A stretch of 64,000 nucleotides of DNA from Candidatus Subterrananammoxibius californiae (GCA_030586555.1 JAURAC010000002.1:64001-128000); one strand, 5' to 3'. Positions 19,893-30,398 are shown, numbered from the stretch's first letter. A program made the numbers and translations. The notes: a model not told the origin generated them from the sequence alone.

Positions 19893-20357
19893 ATGAAAAA
19901 ACCTTTTTATGCGCTTTATAGGAGTGAAGGTGCCTGCCTGTGCGTTGCACGCAGACAGGGTTTTACATTGCTTGAACTTTTAATTGTAATGCTAATTATA
20001 GGACTTCTTGCAGCCTTTGTAGCGCCGAGGATGATTGGTAAGGTGGGGAAGTCAAAACAAACTATAGCGAAGGCACAAATTGAATCCCTCTGCACTGCCA
20101 TTGACACCTATAAGCTTGATACGGATAAATACCCTACCCAGGAAGAAGGTTTAAGCTCATTAACTAACAATCCCGCAAACGTTGAAAACTGGCACGGTCC
20201 TTATCTGGCTAAAAAGAACGTGCCAAAGGACCCATGGGGGAATGAGTATGTTTATACCTACCCTGGCAATAACGGAGAGTTTGATATTATTTCTTACGGA
20301 GCGGATGGTAATGAGGGTGGCGAAGGCGAGAATGCCGATGTAGTAAGCTGGGAGTAA
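19893..20357 (+). CDS. gspG: T2SS major pseudopilin
   Basis: G|FTLLELLIV, YPTQEEGL, WHGPYL, PKDPWGNEY, SYGADG. Confidence 0.95.
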   Translation: MKKPFYALYRSEGACLCVARRQGFTLLELLIVMLIIGLLAAFVAPRMIGKVGKSKQTIAKAQIESLCTAIDTYKLDTDKYPTQEEGLSSLTNNPANVENWHGPYLAKKNVPKDPWGNEYVYTYPGNNGEFDIISYGADGNEGGEGENADVVSWE

Positions 20358-20396
20358 GCTATAGCTCATAGCTCATGGCTCATAGTTCATAGCTTA

Positions 20397-22097
20397 TTGG
20401 AGAACAATGTGAAGCAAGTAGAATCTAATTCAATAGGAAATGTTCTGATTGAACTTGGCAAGGTCTCTAAAAACGACATAGACCGAGCCATTGAAGTACA
20501 AAAGCAAACGGGGCAAACCCTCTGGAGACTTCTCATAGACCTCGGTCTTATTTCCGAAGAAGACTTGAGAGGCGCCTGGAGTCAACTCCTTGACGTCCCG
20601 GTATGGGAAAAAAAGAAGGGCGAAACGTATCCGATAGTAGATAATCTACCTTATGGATTTCTCGTCTCTAATAAAATACTTCCACTAAGAACATACAATA
20701 ACACCCTCGATGTAGCGGTGGTTGACCCACAGGACACGTCCCTTTTAGAAGTCCTTGCAGCCGTTACAAAGAAGGAACTAAGTATCTTTGTTGGCTGTGA
20801 AAAGGATATTATTGCCTCCGTAAACGAACTTTATAAAGGAAGTGTTGAAGAAGAGGCCATAGAGGATTACGGAGTAGGAAGTTTAGAGATTGCCGAGGAT
20901 ATTGAACAGCTAAAAGACCTGGCATCGGAAGCGCCGGTTATTCGCCTGGTTAATAGTATCCTGACAAAGGCCATTGAAATAGGGGCAAGTGACATCCATG
21001 TAGAGATGTATGAAAAGAATACAAAATTAAGATACAGGGTAGACGGCGTACTCAGGGACTTTCCTGCACCCCAAAAAGAGCTTTATCCTGCAATCATTTC
21101 AAGGATTAAGATTATGTCAAAACTTAACATTGCAGAGAAACGGCTTCCCCAGGATGGCAGGATAAAATTAAAGGTTGCGGGCAGGGAAATTGATTTGCGG
21201 GTATCAATCATTCCGATGATTTATGGTGAAGGGGTAGTATTGAGAATCTTAGACAGGACCTCGGTATCACTTGACCTTGAGACGCTCGGATTCGACCAGG
21301 AAACCCTTAAGAAGTTAAGATGGCTGATTAAAAAACCTGAAGGGATGATACTTGTTACCGGTCCTACAGGAAGCGGCAAGACCACCACGCTGTATTCCGT
21401 TCTTAAAGAAATAAAGTCGCCTGAATTAAAGATTGTTACCATAGAAGACCCCGTTGAATATAGCCTCGAAGGAACAAATCAAATACAGATAAACCCTCAG
21501 ATAGACCTTACCTTTGCTAACGGTTTGCGTTCTATCTTAAGGCATGACCCAGATGTAATATTGATTGGTGAAATAAGAGATAGGGATACAGCCTCAATTG
21601 CAATTCAATCCGCATTAACGGGACATCTCGTTTTCTCAACCCTTCACACAAATGATTCTGCATCCGCATTTACAAGGCTTCTTGACATGGCAATTGAGGA
21701 CTATTTAATTTCCTCCTGTATAATTGGCGTCCTGGCACAGAGGTTAGTGCGAAAAATATGTCCAGCATGTAAGGAGGCGTATTTACCCGACGAAGAAATG
21801 CGAATAAAAACAGGCATTCCAGAGGGCAAAAAACTTTCCCGTGCCGTCGGTTGTGATGAATGCAATCACACCGGCTACGGCGGCAGGATGTGCATTTCTG
21901 AGTTACTAATAGTAGATGATGTGGTAAGAAGATTTATCCTCAACCATGAAGATTCCAATATAATCCTTAAGGAGTCCGCCAAGAGAGGCTTAAAAACCCT
22001 CTGGCAAGACGGCTTAGATAGGGTTATAGAAGGCAAGACAACCCTCGACGAACTGATGAGGGTAGCAGATATTGAGAACGAAGGAACAATACGATAG
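20397..22097 (+). CDS. gspE: T2SS ATPase GspE
   Basis: AEKRLPQDGR, GPTGSGKTTT, TIEDPVE, tetracysteine motif; follows gspG. Confidence 0.92.
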   Translation: MENNVKQVESNSIGNVLIELGKVSKNDIDRAIEVQKQTGQTLWRLLIDLGLISEEDLRGAWSQLLDVPVWEKKKGETYPIVDNLPYGFLVSNKILPLRTYNNTLDVAVVDPQDTSLLEVLAAVTKKELSIFVGCEKDIIASVNELYKGSVEEEAIEDYGVGSLEIAEDIEQLKDLASEAPVIRLVNSILTKAIEIGASDIHVEMYEKNTKLRYRVDGVLRDFPAPQKELYPAIISRIKIMSKLNIAEKRLPQDGRIKLKVAGREIDLRVSIIPMIYGEGVVLRILDRTSVSLDLETLGFDQETLKKLRWLIKKPEGMILVTGPTGSGKTTTLYSVLKEIKSPELKIVTIEDPVEYSLEGTNQIQINPQIDLTFANGLRSILRHDPDVILIGEIRDRDTASIAIQSALTGHLVFSTLHTNDSASAFTRLLDMAIEDYLISSCIIGVLAQRLVRKICPACKEAYLPDEEMRIKTGIPEGKKLSRAVGCDECNHTGYGGRMCISELLIVDDVVRRFILNHEDSNIILKESAKRGLKTLWQDGLDRVIEGKTTLDELMRVADIENEGTIR

Positions 22098-22219
22098 GCT
22101 GGCAACTCACAAATTCCAAATCCCAAATAAATTCTAACCCCCAAAATCCAACCTTTGGTAATGGGTCACTTCTTATGATTTGGGGATTGGGATTTAAAAT
22201 TTAACGATGGGGAATTGTT

Positions 22220-22423
22220 ATGAAATTAAAAATTGTCGTTCATAAAGCTGAAGAAGGAGGGTTTTGGGCTGAGGTACCAGCTATTAAAGGTTGCTTTTCT
22301 CAGGGAGAAACCATGGAGGAGCTTTTAGAGAATATAAAAGAGGCAATAGAAGGATGTTTGGAAGTAAGAGAGGATTTGCAGAAATACGGGAGGGATGTTC
22401 AAATCCTTGAGGTAGCTGTATGA
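22220..22423 (+). CDS. hicB: HicB-family antitoxin
   Basis: GGFWAEVPAIKGCFSQGETMEE..NIKEAI. Confidence 0.9.
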   Translation: MKLKIVVHKAEEGGFWAEVPAIKGCFSQGETMEELLENIKEAIEGCLEVREDLQKYGRDVQILEVAV

Positions 22424-22632
22424 AGGCACTCTCTGGCAAAGAGATGTGCAAACTTCTGGAAAGAAATGACTGGATTCTTAAACGAATTAAAGGAAGTCAT
22501 CACATTTACATGAAACACGGTCGAGAAGAAACAATATCAGTTCCAGTTCATGGTAACAGAACACTTAAAATTGGCATGCAAAAAGCCATTTTGAAATTAG
22601 CAGGAATTAACATAGAACAATCCGATTATTAG
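22420..22632 (+). CDS. hicA: HicA-family mRNA interferase toxin
   Basis: KGSHH, ISVPVH; ATGA overlap with hicB. Confidence 0.92.
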   Translation: MKALSGKEMCKLLERNDWILKRIKGSHHIYMKHGREETISVPVHGNRTLKIGMQKAILKLAGINIEQSDY

Positions 22633-22865
22633 TGCCGTTCCAAATAAATATAAGGGAAATGGGACGCTTCTATTTTTTAGGTGATAGGAGCTTTTCCCTC
22701 CCAATAAATAAAAGTGTCCCTTTTATACGTGGACGGTCAACGGTTAGGGTTACGAAGCCCGTTACGACTTATGGTTACGTCTTTTCGTCTTTTTTTGCCG
22801 TTTACCGTTACCGTTTTAACGATACGGGCATCGTTACCGTTGGACGATTAGACGCAAATGATAGC

Positions 22866-24230
22866 CTATAAAATATACTTACTTAAGTCTTCATCCTTTA
22901 CAAGGTGCATTAGCTTGTCCCTTACGTATTTCGCATCAACAATAAGTTCCTTGCCATCCGCATCTGGGGCATCGAAGGATGCTTCCTCAAGGAGTTTCTC
23001 AATGATAGTGTAGAGCCTTCTTGCGCCTATGTTTAGTGTACGTTTATTTACCTCTTCCGCTATTGATGCAATCTCCTCGATAGAATCGTTTTCAAATTTA
23101 ACCTTTATTCCTTCCGTCTCAAGGAGAGCCACATACTGTTTTATGAGCGCATTCTTCGGCTCAGTAAGGATGCGTACAAAATCTTCCTTATTGAGGCTGC
23201 TAAGTTCTACGCGTATTGGAAACCTTCCCTGAAGTTCAGGTATCAAGTCGGAAGGTTTTGATACATGAAATGCGCCTGCTGCAATAAAAAGGATTCGGTC
23301 GGTTTTTACCATTCCATACCTTGTAACCACGGTTGAGCCTTCAACGATAGGCAAGAGGTCTCTTTGAACCCCCTCACGTGAGACGTCAGGACCGTGTCCT
23401 GTTTCCCTGCCGGCAATCTTATCAAGCTCATCAATAAAAATGATACCGAAGTTTTCCGTCCGTTCCAGCGCCTCTTTAATGACCTTCTCCTTATCTATTA
23501 GTTTATCAGCCTCTTCCTGTAGCAATATTCTTCTTGCCTCTGAAACTGGCACCTTCCTTACCTGGGTGCGTGGAGGAATCATCTTTTCTATCATGTTCTG
23601 GAAGTCAACGCCAATCTCCTCAATGCCAATAACAGCGCTCTGGAAGACCATTGGTTTTTCTTGTGTTGTAAGTTCAACCAATCTATCTTCGAGCTTTCCC
23701 TCTGTCAGCTTTTTTCGGAACTTTTCCCTTGTATCACTTGCGGACTCTTCCACAATTTCCGTGATTTCCTTCTCGCCCGACCCTGCCTCAGAGGAGCGAG
23801 TGATTTTTTTGGATGGCATGGGTAATAGGATGTCTAATAATCTTTCTTCAGCGTGCTTTTCAGCCTTTTTACGGACGTCTTCCATCCTTTCGGTCCGAAC
23901 CATGTTGACGGCAATTTCGCCAAGGTCTCTAACCATGGATTCCACATCACGCCCATGATAACCTACTTCTGTATATCTGGATGCCTCTACCTTCAGGAAC
24001 GGTGCCTTAACCATGTTTGCCAGCCTGCGAGCAATTTCCGTCTTTCCCACCCCTGTGGGTCCAATCATGATAATATTCTTCGGCATTACCTCTTCCCGTA
24101 AATCATCGGAAAGCTGCTGCCTGCGCCAGCGATTCCTTATGGCAATTGCAACGGCACGCTTGGCATCCTTTTGCCCCACGATGTATTTATCCAGTTCTTC
24201 AACTATCTTTCGAGGCGTTAATTCTTTCAC
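22866..24230 (-). CDS. hslU: HslU ATP-dependent protease ATPase
   Basis: [33 protein letters not shown]. Confidence 0.97.
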   Translation of the reverse strand: MKELTPRKIVEELDKYIVGQKDAKRAVAIAIRNRWRRQQLSDDLREEVMPKNIIMIGPTGVGKTEIARRLANMVKAPFLKVEASRYTEVGYHGRDVESMVRDLGEIAVNMVRTERMEDVRKKAEKHAEERLLDILLPMPSKKITRSSEAGSGEKEITEIVEESASDTREKFRKKLTEGKLEDRLVELTTQEKPMVFQSAVIGIEEIGVDFQNMIEKMIPPRTQVRKVPVSEARRILLQEEADKLIDKEKVIKEALERTENFGIIFIDELDKIAGRETGHGPDVSREGVQRDLLPIVEGSTVVTRYGMVKTDRILFIAAGAFHVSKPSDLIPELQGRFPIRVELSSLNKEDFVRILTEPKNALIKQYVALLETEGIKVKFENDSIEEIASIAEEVNKRTLNIGARRLYTIIEKLLEEASFDAPDADGKELIVDAKYVRDKLMHLVKDEDLSKYIL

Positions 24231-24318
24231 TACTTAAGCTCCTCTAACCCCCTCACCTTAACTCTCCCCGCTGGGGAGAGGGTTAGGGTGAGGGGCTATC
24301 TTACAGGCGTTAATTCCT

Positions 24319-24858
24319 TTACTTAATCTCCTCTACGCATATATTATGGTTTGTGTATATGCACAAATCGGCAGTAATTTGCAGCGCTTCTTCAACTATC
24401 TGTTTTGCACCAAGGTTTGTATGCTTTTGAAGCGCCCTTGCGGCAGCAACGGCATACGCCCCCCCTGAGCCTACTCCTATTATACCATCATCGGGCTCAA
24501 TTACCTCACCATTACCAGAGATGAGAAGGGAAACATTTTTATCTACTACAACAAGGAGGGATTCAAGCCGTCTCAGCACCTTGTCCATACGCCACTCCTT
24601 TGCCAATTCATGTGCGCTTCTGAGTACATTACCCTGATGCTCCTCAAGTTTGGCATCAAACCTTTCCATTAAAGCGAAAGAATCTGCAGCTGCGCCTGCA
24701 AACCCTACAATTACCCTATCCTGGTACAACTTGCGTATCTTACGGGCTTCATGCTTAACGACAATGGCATTCATTGTAACCTGGCCATCACCCCCAATTG
24801 CAACGCATCCTTTGTGTCTAACGGATAATATGGTAGTAGATATAAAATCTGTTCTCAT
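24319..24858 (-). CDS. hslV: HslV peptidase
   Basis: TTILSVR..GGDGQVT, GSGG; start moved to 24858 because the upstream part is repeat-derived. Confidence 0.95.
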   Translation of the reverse strand: MRTDFISTTILSVRHKGCVAIGGDGQVTMNAIVVKHEARKIRKLYQDRVIVGFAGAAADSFALMERFDAKLEEHQGNVLRSAHELAKEWRMDKVLRRLESLLVVVDKNVSLLISGNGEVIEPDDGIIGVGSGGAYAVAAARALQKHTNLGAKQIVEEALQITADLCIYTNHNICVEEIK

Positions 24859-24969
24859 TGTAATCTCTTCCCGATGAGGAATGCAGAATGGGAAATGTGA
24901 CATGGGAAATACGGATTTCGGAATTAAACAATCGAAAATCCGAAATCCGCATTCCGAATTTGAACGGCA

Positions 24970-25242
24970 TTAACTTAACTTCCTTGAAATTGGTACCCTT
25001 ACTCCCTGATGATGTTCTTCGGTATGACGTACCTTAGCGCCTATCTTTCTATTTTCTTCCTGTATTTTATGTGCATATTTCTCAATTTCCTCTTTGTATT
25101 TCTTTATTAACTCAGGGTTATTATAACCCGAGCATTTAGAATTATGCCATCTATTATGTGGATTATCATAAACAGCACAACGGTCACCCAGATTCAACTT
25201 GCAACCGTGACATTTCCGAACCGGCTTACTGTTTATATTCAT
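24970..25242 (-). CDS. Small Cys-rich hypothetical protein
   Basis: RBS gaggatatgct; CxxC-x7-C-x12-C. Confidence 0.6.
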   Translation of the reverse strand: MNINSKPVRKCHGCKLNLGDRCAVYDNPHNRWHNSKCSGYNNPELIKKYKEEIEKYAHKIQEENRKIGAKVRHTEEHHQGVRVPISRKLS

Positions 25243-25474
25243 AGCATATCCTCTTTTCCCCCTTCTTATCCTAAAAGGTTTTTTGTGTATAGTTTGAACC
25301 TTCTGCCATCCAGAATTTACAGTATATCAAACTGACTTTAGATGGTCAACAATATTTTTGTCTCTAAAAACAAGTCTCCAGAGCTTACTTTTAATATTGC
25401 ATGTAGTATACAGCTTATGTATAATAATAAAAAATATCGGTTTAACCTTTTAACCTTCTGTGTGAGGCAAATAT

Positions 25475-26437
25475 ATGACAAAGAAGTTCATTTTCTCCCC
25501 TTTTTTCTTTTACCTGTTCCCTGTTTACTGTATCCTGACAGTTTTCTCTCCGGCTATTGGCAGCATTGCCTTCCCTGGGGCAATCGAAATTCCCGGCGTC
25601 TCGCAAGACAAGGAAAAGACCCTTCCTCAGGACTACAAGCTGGTTCAGGAATCTCTTATAGTTAAGGATGGCAAGGTTTATATTTACGTCTGGTATAAAG
25701 AGACCCATTCTGTTTCCATGTTAAAGCGGTTTTTACTACCCGATACCGTTGAATATGATGAAAACAGGGAGGAAATAGTTTATGTTGACGAGAGCAGCGA
25801 TAGGATTCCTGTCGGCACCGCCAAGAAATTCCTTGGACTCATTCCATATATTGCACTGAGCGAGGGCGTGAAGATTTTGAGTTCCCCCTATGAGACAAAG
25901 TTATATGTGCCCGTTGAAGAAGAGGGAGTCTTCGTAAAAAAGCTTGCAACGGGCGTGCGCAGGAAGGACATGGATACCAAACTCTCGGAAAAGTGCAGTC
26001 AATGCCATGTTCTGGAGTATATCTATTCACACAAAGAGTGGAGCGAGGAGGACTGCCTTCACGTCTTTAACAGGCTAAAATTGAAGGGACCCATACCACT
26101 TACAGAGGATGAGCAGACGTTAATTGATAAGTTCCTTGCCTACCAGAGGAAGGAGATAAAGAAGGAGGACATAGAGAAATTCAAGGAACTCCACGAAATA
26201 GGCAGGAAAGACGTTACGGACATTGCAAAACAGGTATACGATACTACCTGTGCCCCATGTCATAGCCCGGATAAGGCTGAAGAAATCACATCGAAATATT
26301 CAAAAAAGAGATGCGCCACTATTGTTTCAAGGATGCAGGAAAAAGACCCCTCGCTTATTCTGGAAGCGGATACCGACAGCTTAGCCTCCTATCTGTGGGA
26401 TCTGAAGATGAGACCAAGGAGTGAAGAAAAGCAATGA
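25475..26437 (+). CDS. Secreted or membrane-anchored diheme c-type cytochrome
   Basis: N-terminal hydrophobic segment; CSQCH and CAPCH in two similar C-terminal domains. Confidence 0.8.
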   Translation: MTKKFIFSPFFFYLFPVYCILTVFSPAIGSIAFPGAIEIPGVSQDKEKTLPQDYKLVQESLIVKDGKVYIYVWYKETHSVSMLKRFLLPDTVEYDENREEIVYVDESSDRIPVGTAKKFLGLIPYIALSEGVKILSSPYETKLYVPVEEEGVFVKKLATGVRRKDMDTKLSEKCSQCHVLEYIYSHKEWSEEDCLHVFNRLKLKGPIPLTEDEQTLIDKFLAYQRKEIKKEDIEKFKELHEIGRKDVTDIAKQVYDTTCAPCHSPDKAEEITSKYSKKRCATIVSRMQEKDPSLILEADTDSLASYLWDLKMRPRSEEKQ

Positions 26438-26539
26438 GCAACGAGCAATGAGTGATAAGTTTTCCTCATTGCTTATTGCTTATCAGAAGTCCTAACTTAA
26501 ACTCCACCTTTCTATCTTGCTACCGCAAAAGAAGGAAAA

Positions 26540-26554
26540 AGGATTGACAATCCT
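26540..26554 (+). promoter_or_regulatory. Palindromic operator over the -35 box of hicBA
   Basis: AGGATTG-A-CAATCCT contains TTGACA; about 25 nt before the hicB ATG. Confidence 0.6.
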
Positions 26555-26578
26555 TCTTTTTTGTTAGAAAATAAAAAT

Positions 26579-26824
26579 ATGAAAACTTATACCTTTAAAG
26601 TTGTTATTGAACCAGACGAGAATCGTTGGCATGCGTACTGTCCAGCTCTTGAACAGTATGGAGCAGCTACTTGGGGGAATACTCAAGAAGAAGCCTTTAA
26701 ACACATTCGGGAGGTTATAGAAATGATTATTGAGGAACTAATTGAAGATGGAATAACGATCCCCGAGGTACCGAAAGAAGAAGTGATGGTATTCCCTGAA
26801 ACTCGAGTAGCGGTTACCGTTTAA
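26579..26824 (+). CDS. hicB: HicB-family antitoxin
   Basis: WHAYCPAL..GAATWGNTQEEAFKHIRE. Confidence 0.9.
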   Translation: MKTYTFKVVIEPDENRWHAYCPALEQYGAATWGNTQEEAFKHIREVIEMIIEELIEDGITIPEVPKEEVMVFPETRVAVTV

Positions 26825-26825
26825 C

Positions 26826-27077
26826 ATGCCAATTAACTACAGCCAATTAAAAAGTCTTACCGCCCGTGAAATTATTTCTGCTCTTATTAAAGACGGTTTT
26901 TATCTACGAAGACAGGCAGGAAGTCATCAACGCTACTGTCATCCTAATGGCCGAAGGGTGACAGTTTCTTTTCATCGAGCCTCTGATACCTTTCCTCCGA
27001 AAACACTAAAGAAAATTATTGAAGTTCAAGCCCAATGGGGTGAGAATGACTTAAAACACCTTAAACTTATAAATTAA
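26826..27077 (+). CDS. hicA: HicA-family toxin
   Basis: DGFYLRRQAGSHQRY, RVTVSFH, TLKKII. Confidence 0.9.
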   Translation: MPINYSQLKSLTAREIISALIKDGFYLRRQAGSHQRYCHPNGRRVTVSFHRASDTFPPKTLKKIIEVQAQWGENDLKHLKLIN

Positions 27078-27163
27078 CTATCCCTACCTCCTTCCATCCA
27101 ACTTCCAATTATTCGTTAGTTTCCCTTGCAGAAACCCTAAAATCAGAGGTATACAGTACCCCT

Positions 27164-27229
27164 CTTATTCTGGAAGCAGATACCGACAGCTTAGCCGTCT
27201 ATTTATGGGACTTAAAGATGAGGCCAAGG
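27164..27229 (+). repeat. Diverged direct-repeat copy of the cytochrome gene 3' end (26354-26419)
   Basis: 57/66 nt identical by manual alignment. Confidence 0.92.
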
Positions 27230-27273
27230 GAAGAGGCTAAGAGATTCCTGTCACACTTAAGGCTTTATGTGTT

Positions 27274-27720
27274 TCATAACATATCCAATTCTGTGCGAAG
27301 GATTACCCTCTTCCAATCATTTACGCCAGAATGCTGGGCGAACTCGTCCACCAAACCGATAGGCGAACCTGTACTTTTGACGGGCTTAAACACATGCCAG
27401 CCCTGAGCACGCACGTTGTCTCCGGAGACCACGAAGTGTTCGCTGTTATTATTGACCTTTTGAAAGCATTTTATTTCAATGGGGTGAATATGCCTGCAAG
27501 TCGTGCCAGAGGTAGATTCGCCGAGGCGAAGATTATTAATAGAGGACTTTCTAACAATAACTTTTCCGTTATCAAAGATAGTTATTACGCATTCTGAAAA
27601 TCTAAGCATTCTATAGGCAATAGCTTCATGGCTGGCGGTAGAATAAATCTTTTTCAATTCAAGCAGGTCAAAGTTACATTTCTTTGCGTCCATTTCAAAC
27701 CATTTTGCAGGCATGAGCAA
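27274..27720 (-). pseudogene. C-terminal fragment of ImmA/IrrE-like metallopeptidase
   Basis: LLMP.WF...ASHEAIAYRM motif; no upstream HExxH part or RBS. Confidence 0.5.
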
Positions 27721-27817
27721 GGAAAGGATAAATGAGAGGTCTAACCATTAAAAAAGGTAGCCCAGGACACCGTAAATTGTAGGATGTCGTACCTTCTATG
27801 CTCTTTGAGGCAAGAAG

Positions 27818-28219
27818 CTACATAAACATGAAGAGGTATGACAAAGCCTTAAAGCTATCATAGCAAACAAGAGAAAACCCAGGGCAGCAATCGGGTTTAA
27901 TATACGAAATAATGATGTTGGAACCTTTAGATTTTAATGATTTCATCTTGTTGTAAGAGGGATGTGCTAAAAGTTCAGAGAGAAAGACGACCTCATTTGA
28001 TACTGTACGGAGGGCTTTTGTGTAGAATGGGGAGATGAGTGTCCAAATAGGGTAGCTTAATGCGAAGAAAAGCACCGTCTTGCCGAAGAATATGAGCGTA
28101 TTACTGGCGACGGACCCGGACGAATCTTTCCACCCAAAAAAGCCAGAGAACCACCCCAAAAGCAATAATAATCGATTCTTCCGCAACGCCTTCGTTTGTA
28201 CTGGTATGCCATGTCGCAT
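27818..28219 (-). CDS. Hypothetical membrane protein, possibly truncated
   Basis: Hydrophobic segments; no recognised motif. Confidence 0.35.
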   Translation of the reverse strand: MRHGIPVQTKALRKNRLLLLLGWFSGFFGWKDSSGSVASNTLIFFGKTVLFFALSYPIWTLISPFYTKALRTVSNEVVFLSELLAHPSYNKMKSLKSKGSNIIISYIKPDCCPGFSLVCYDSFKALSYLFMFM

Positions 28220-28623
28220 ATATTATGTCGTTATAGTAGTCGTAGTAAGTAATTATAATTGTAATAGTTGTAGTCGTTGTAGTTAAAGAAAGCGATACAA
28301 TAATGTACATTATTGCGCTTTTTTGACACAAAAATGTGCAAGAGATTCCTGCCATGAGCTATGAGCTATGCAAGTTATTAGTCTGCCGATAATTAAAAAT
28401 AATTATTGCTTTTTATGTTATTTTGCTAGCTTTTTTTTGGCACCATATTTAAACACTTTTGTCTTGGCAACTTATAAAATATGTTTAAGTTGAGCTTTTT
28501 TTTGGCATCATGCTTGTAATATACCAAGGGTGGCTACCGATCTATAGGGAAGGCACCTTGCGAGGGCAAAGTGCCAGGATTGTTCGCCAAGACGAATATT
28601 TTTTATTTTATGAGGAGATAAAT

Positions 28624-28863
28624 ATGCGATGGATTTTGAAAAAGGGAAAACGAAGAAGAAATAATAGAGGAATGCTGGAGCCGACTGAAAGGATTTCAGA
28701 GTTAATCTTTGTAGTTTTAATGGCTATTTGTTGTATTGTGATGGTTTTATGGAATAATAACATAAGTCGCGATGCGTTTCTTGTTGCTCTCTTCCTGGCT
28801 ATTTTCGTCGGCCTCTTGATCCATATAATTTATATCCTATGTAAATTATGGCTACGGGGTTAA
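28624..28863 (+). CDS. Small two-TM membrane protein
   Basis: RBS GAGGAG before ATG at 28624; basic N-terminus then two hydrophobic helices. Confidence 0.6.
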   Translation: MRWILKKGKRRRNNRGMLEPTERISELIFVVLMAICCIVMVLWNNNISRDAFLVALFLAIFVGLLIHIIYILCKLWLRG

Positions 28864-28890
28864 TCAGAACTGCGGTTTTCTTTCATTTAC

Positions 28891-29110
28891 GACCTTGCGG
28901 GATATAAGGTGTATTACGATTTTGATAATTCAGAACCTCCTTTTAATGGTACAAGCGCGACAGAAGGCAATTCCGGGGAGATATTTATCTACAGTACAGA
29001 AACCGCACAGTTGACATGATTGCCAGAGGGGGGTCATGTACGTAACAGTAACTGCATTTGACTACGAGGGCAACGAAAACGGCTATTCAGCCCAATTCTG
29101 TGAGTATTAA
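28891..29110 (+). pseudogene. Fibronectin type III domain remnant
   Basis: DLAGYKVYY..PPFNGTSATEGNS..LT*LP (frameshift in G run) YVTVTAFDYEGNENGYS. Confidence 0.7.
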
Positions 29111-29139
29111 TAACGGAGATGAATGGGAAGACGGCTCAT
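29107..29139 (-). pseudogene. Truncated hicA (MSRLPI...)
   Basis: ATGA overlap with hicB stop; HicA-like start; stops after 10 codons. Confidence 0.55.
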
Positions 29140-29354
29140 ACTGATACCTCAACCTGTTGTAAGCCGACAAATTTAGGAAGGTCTTCTATAGGTCCTGTAT
29201 ATTCTTCAAGACATACCTCAAGAACTTCCTTAAGATTTTTCTGGAGTTCGTCAAGAGTAACCCCCTGTGTATGTGCTCCTGAAATACCCGGTATAATTCC
29301 AACATATAGCTTTGTTTCTGGGTCCCATTCTACATAGGCTGTAAAGGTTTTCAT
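29136..29354 (-). CDS. hicB: HicB-family antitoxin (orphaned)
   Basis: YVGIIPGISGAHTQGVTLDELQKNLKEV. Confidence 0.9.
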   Translation of the reverse strand: MKTFTAYVEWDPETKLYVGIIPGISGAHTQGVTLDELQKNLKEVLEVCLEEYTGPIEDLPKFVGLQQVEVSV

Positions 29355-29399
29355 GGTTCACCTCTAAGTTGTTTTATCGCCAGCCGGACAATAATTCCC

Positions 29400-30398
29400 C
29401 TAACTCAAACTCCACCTTGCCATTTCGAGGATGTCTGAGAACTTCCTGCCCCCTTCAAGCACAACGGTGGCTTCGTACCCGCTGTGCATCATGCAGTTCT
29501 TGCAGCGGGGGTCGTTGCCTGAACGATATTTTTCCCAATCGGTTGATGCCATAAGCTCCCGATATGTGCCGTAGTGAGTGTCTGTAATTAGATAACACGG
29601 GCTCTTCCAGCCGTGATAATTCTTTGTAGGGTTGCCCCATGGGGTACAAAGTAAATCCCTCTCCCCCCTCAAGAATTTCAAATAGAGTGGGCTATTTATA
29701 ACCTTGAACCTTTTAGAAAGATTATAGACAAACCCAAATTTTTGCTGAATCTCCTCTCGGCAGAGAAAAATATTGTTCCCATTATCCTCAAAGCTAAATC
29801 CTGGCGATACCAGCATCCCGTCCACACCTAATCTCTCAAGATATATAAACAATTTCTCAATTTCCCCGGGAATTGTGTTCTTGTAAATTGTGGTATTAGT
29901 GCATACCTTAAAGCCTGCCGACTTCGCCTTCTTAATGGCATCTGTTGCCCTCTTGAAAACCCCTTTTACGCCAGTAATGGCATCGTGTGTTTCTTCTAAC
30001 CCGTCAATGTGTACATTTATATTGAAATAAGGACTCGGTTTGAGTTTGTGCAATGATTCGGCTAATAATAAGCCATTTGTACATAAGTAGATGTGGCGTT
30101 TCTTGTCCAGAATGCCGCGTACAATATCCCCGATTTGGGGATGCATCAACGGCTCTCCACCTGTGACCGAGACTACCGGCGCATCGCACTCATCTACAGC
30201 AGATAAGCATTCCTCTACCCCCATTAGCTCACCGAGGGTCTCTCTGTATTCCCATATCCTGCCGCAGCCTTTACAGGCAAGGTTACAAAGATGAGTCACT
30301 TCAAGCATGAGAACAAGAGGAAATTTCTCTCTCGATGCAAGCCTATTTTTTAATAAATATTTTGCTAACGATGTTCCGAGTCTTGCCGAAACCCTCAT
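29400..30398 (-). CDS. hpnH: Adenosyl-hopene transferase (radical SAM)
   Basis: FPLVLMLE..CNLACKGCG, CTPWGNPT, GWKSPCYL, RCKNCMMHSGYE. Confidence 0.92.
   Translation of the reverse strand: MRVSARLGTSLAKYLLKNRLASREKFPLVLMLEVTHLCNLACKGCGRIWEYRETLGELMGVEECLSAVDECDAPVVSVTGGEPLMHPQIGDIVRGILDKKRHIYLCTNGLLLAESLHKLKPSPYFNINVHIDGLEETHDAITGVKGVFKRATDAIKKAKSAGFKVCTNTTIYKNTIPGEIEKLFIYLERLGVDGMLVSPGFSFEDNGNNIFLCREEIQQKFGFVYNLSKRFKVINSPLYLKFLRGERDLLCTPWGNPTKNYHGWKSPCYLITDTHYGTYRELMASTDWEKYRSGNDPRCKNCMMHSGYEATVVLEGGRKFSDILEMARWSLS

Noticed and set aside
22632..22871. 79-aa ORF after hicA as gspF or a real gene
   Set aside because: Composed of repeat elements, with no GspF motifs
28500..28520. Sigma54 promoter TGGCATCATGCTTGTA
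   Set aside because: The -12 element is GT rather than GC; plausible but not supportable
29017..29019. In-frame TGA as selenocysteine
   Set aside because: It aligns with Gly of the FN3 LTGL motif and is followed by a frameshift, so it is a pseudogene lesion
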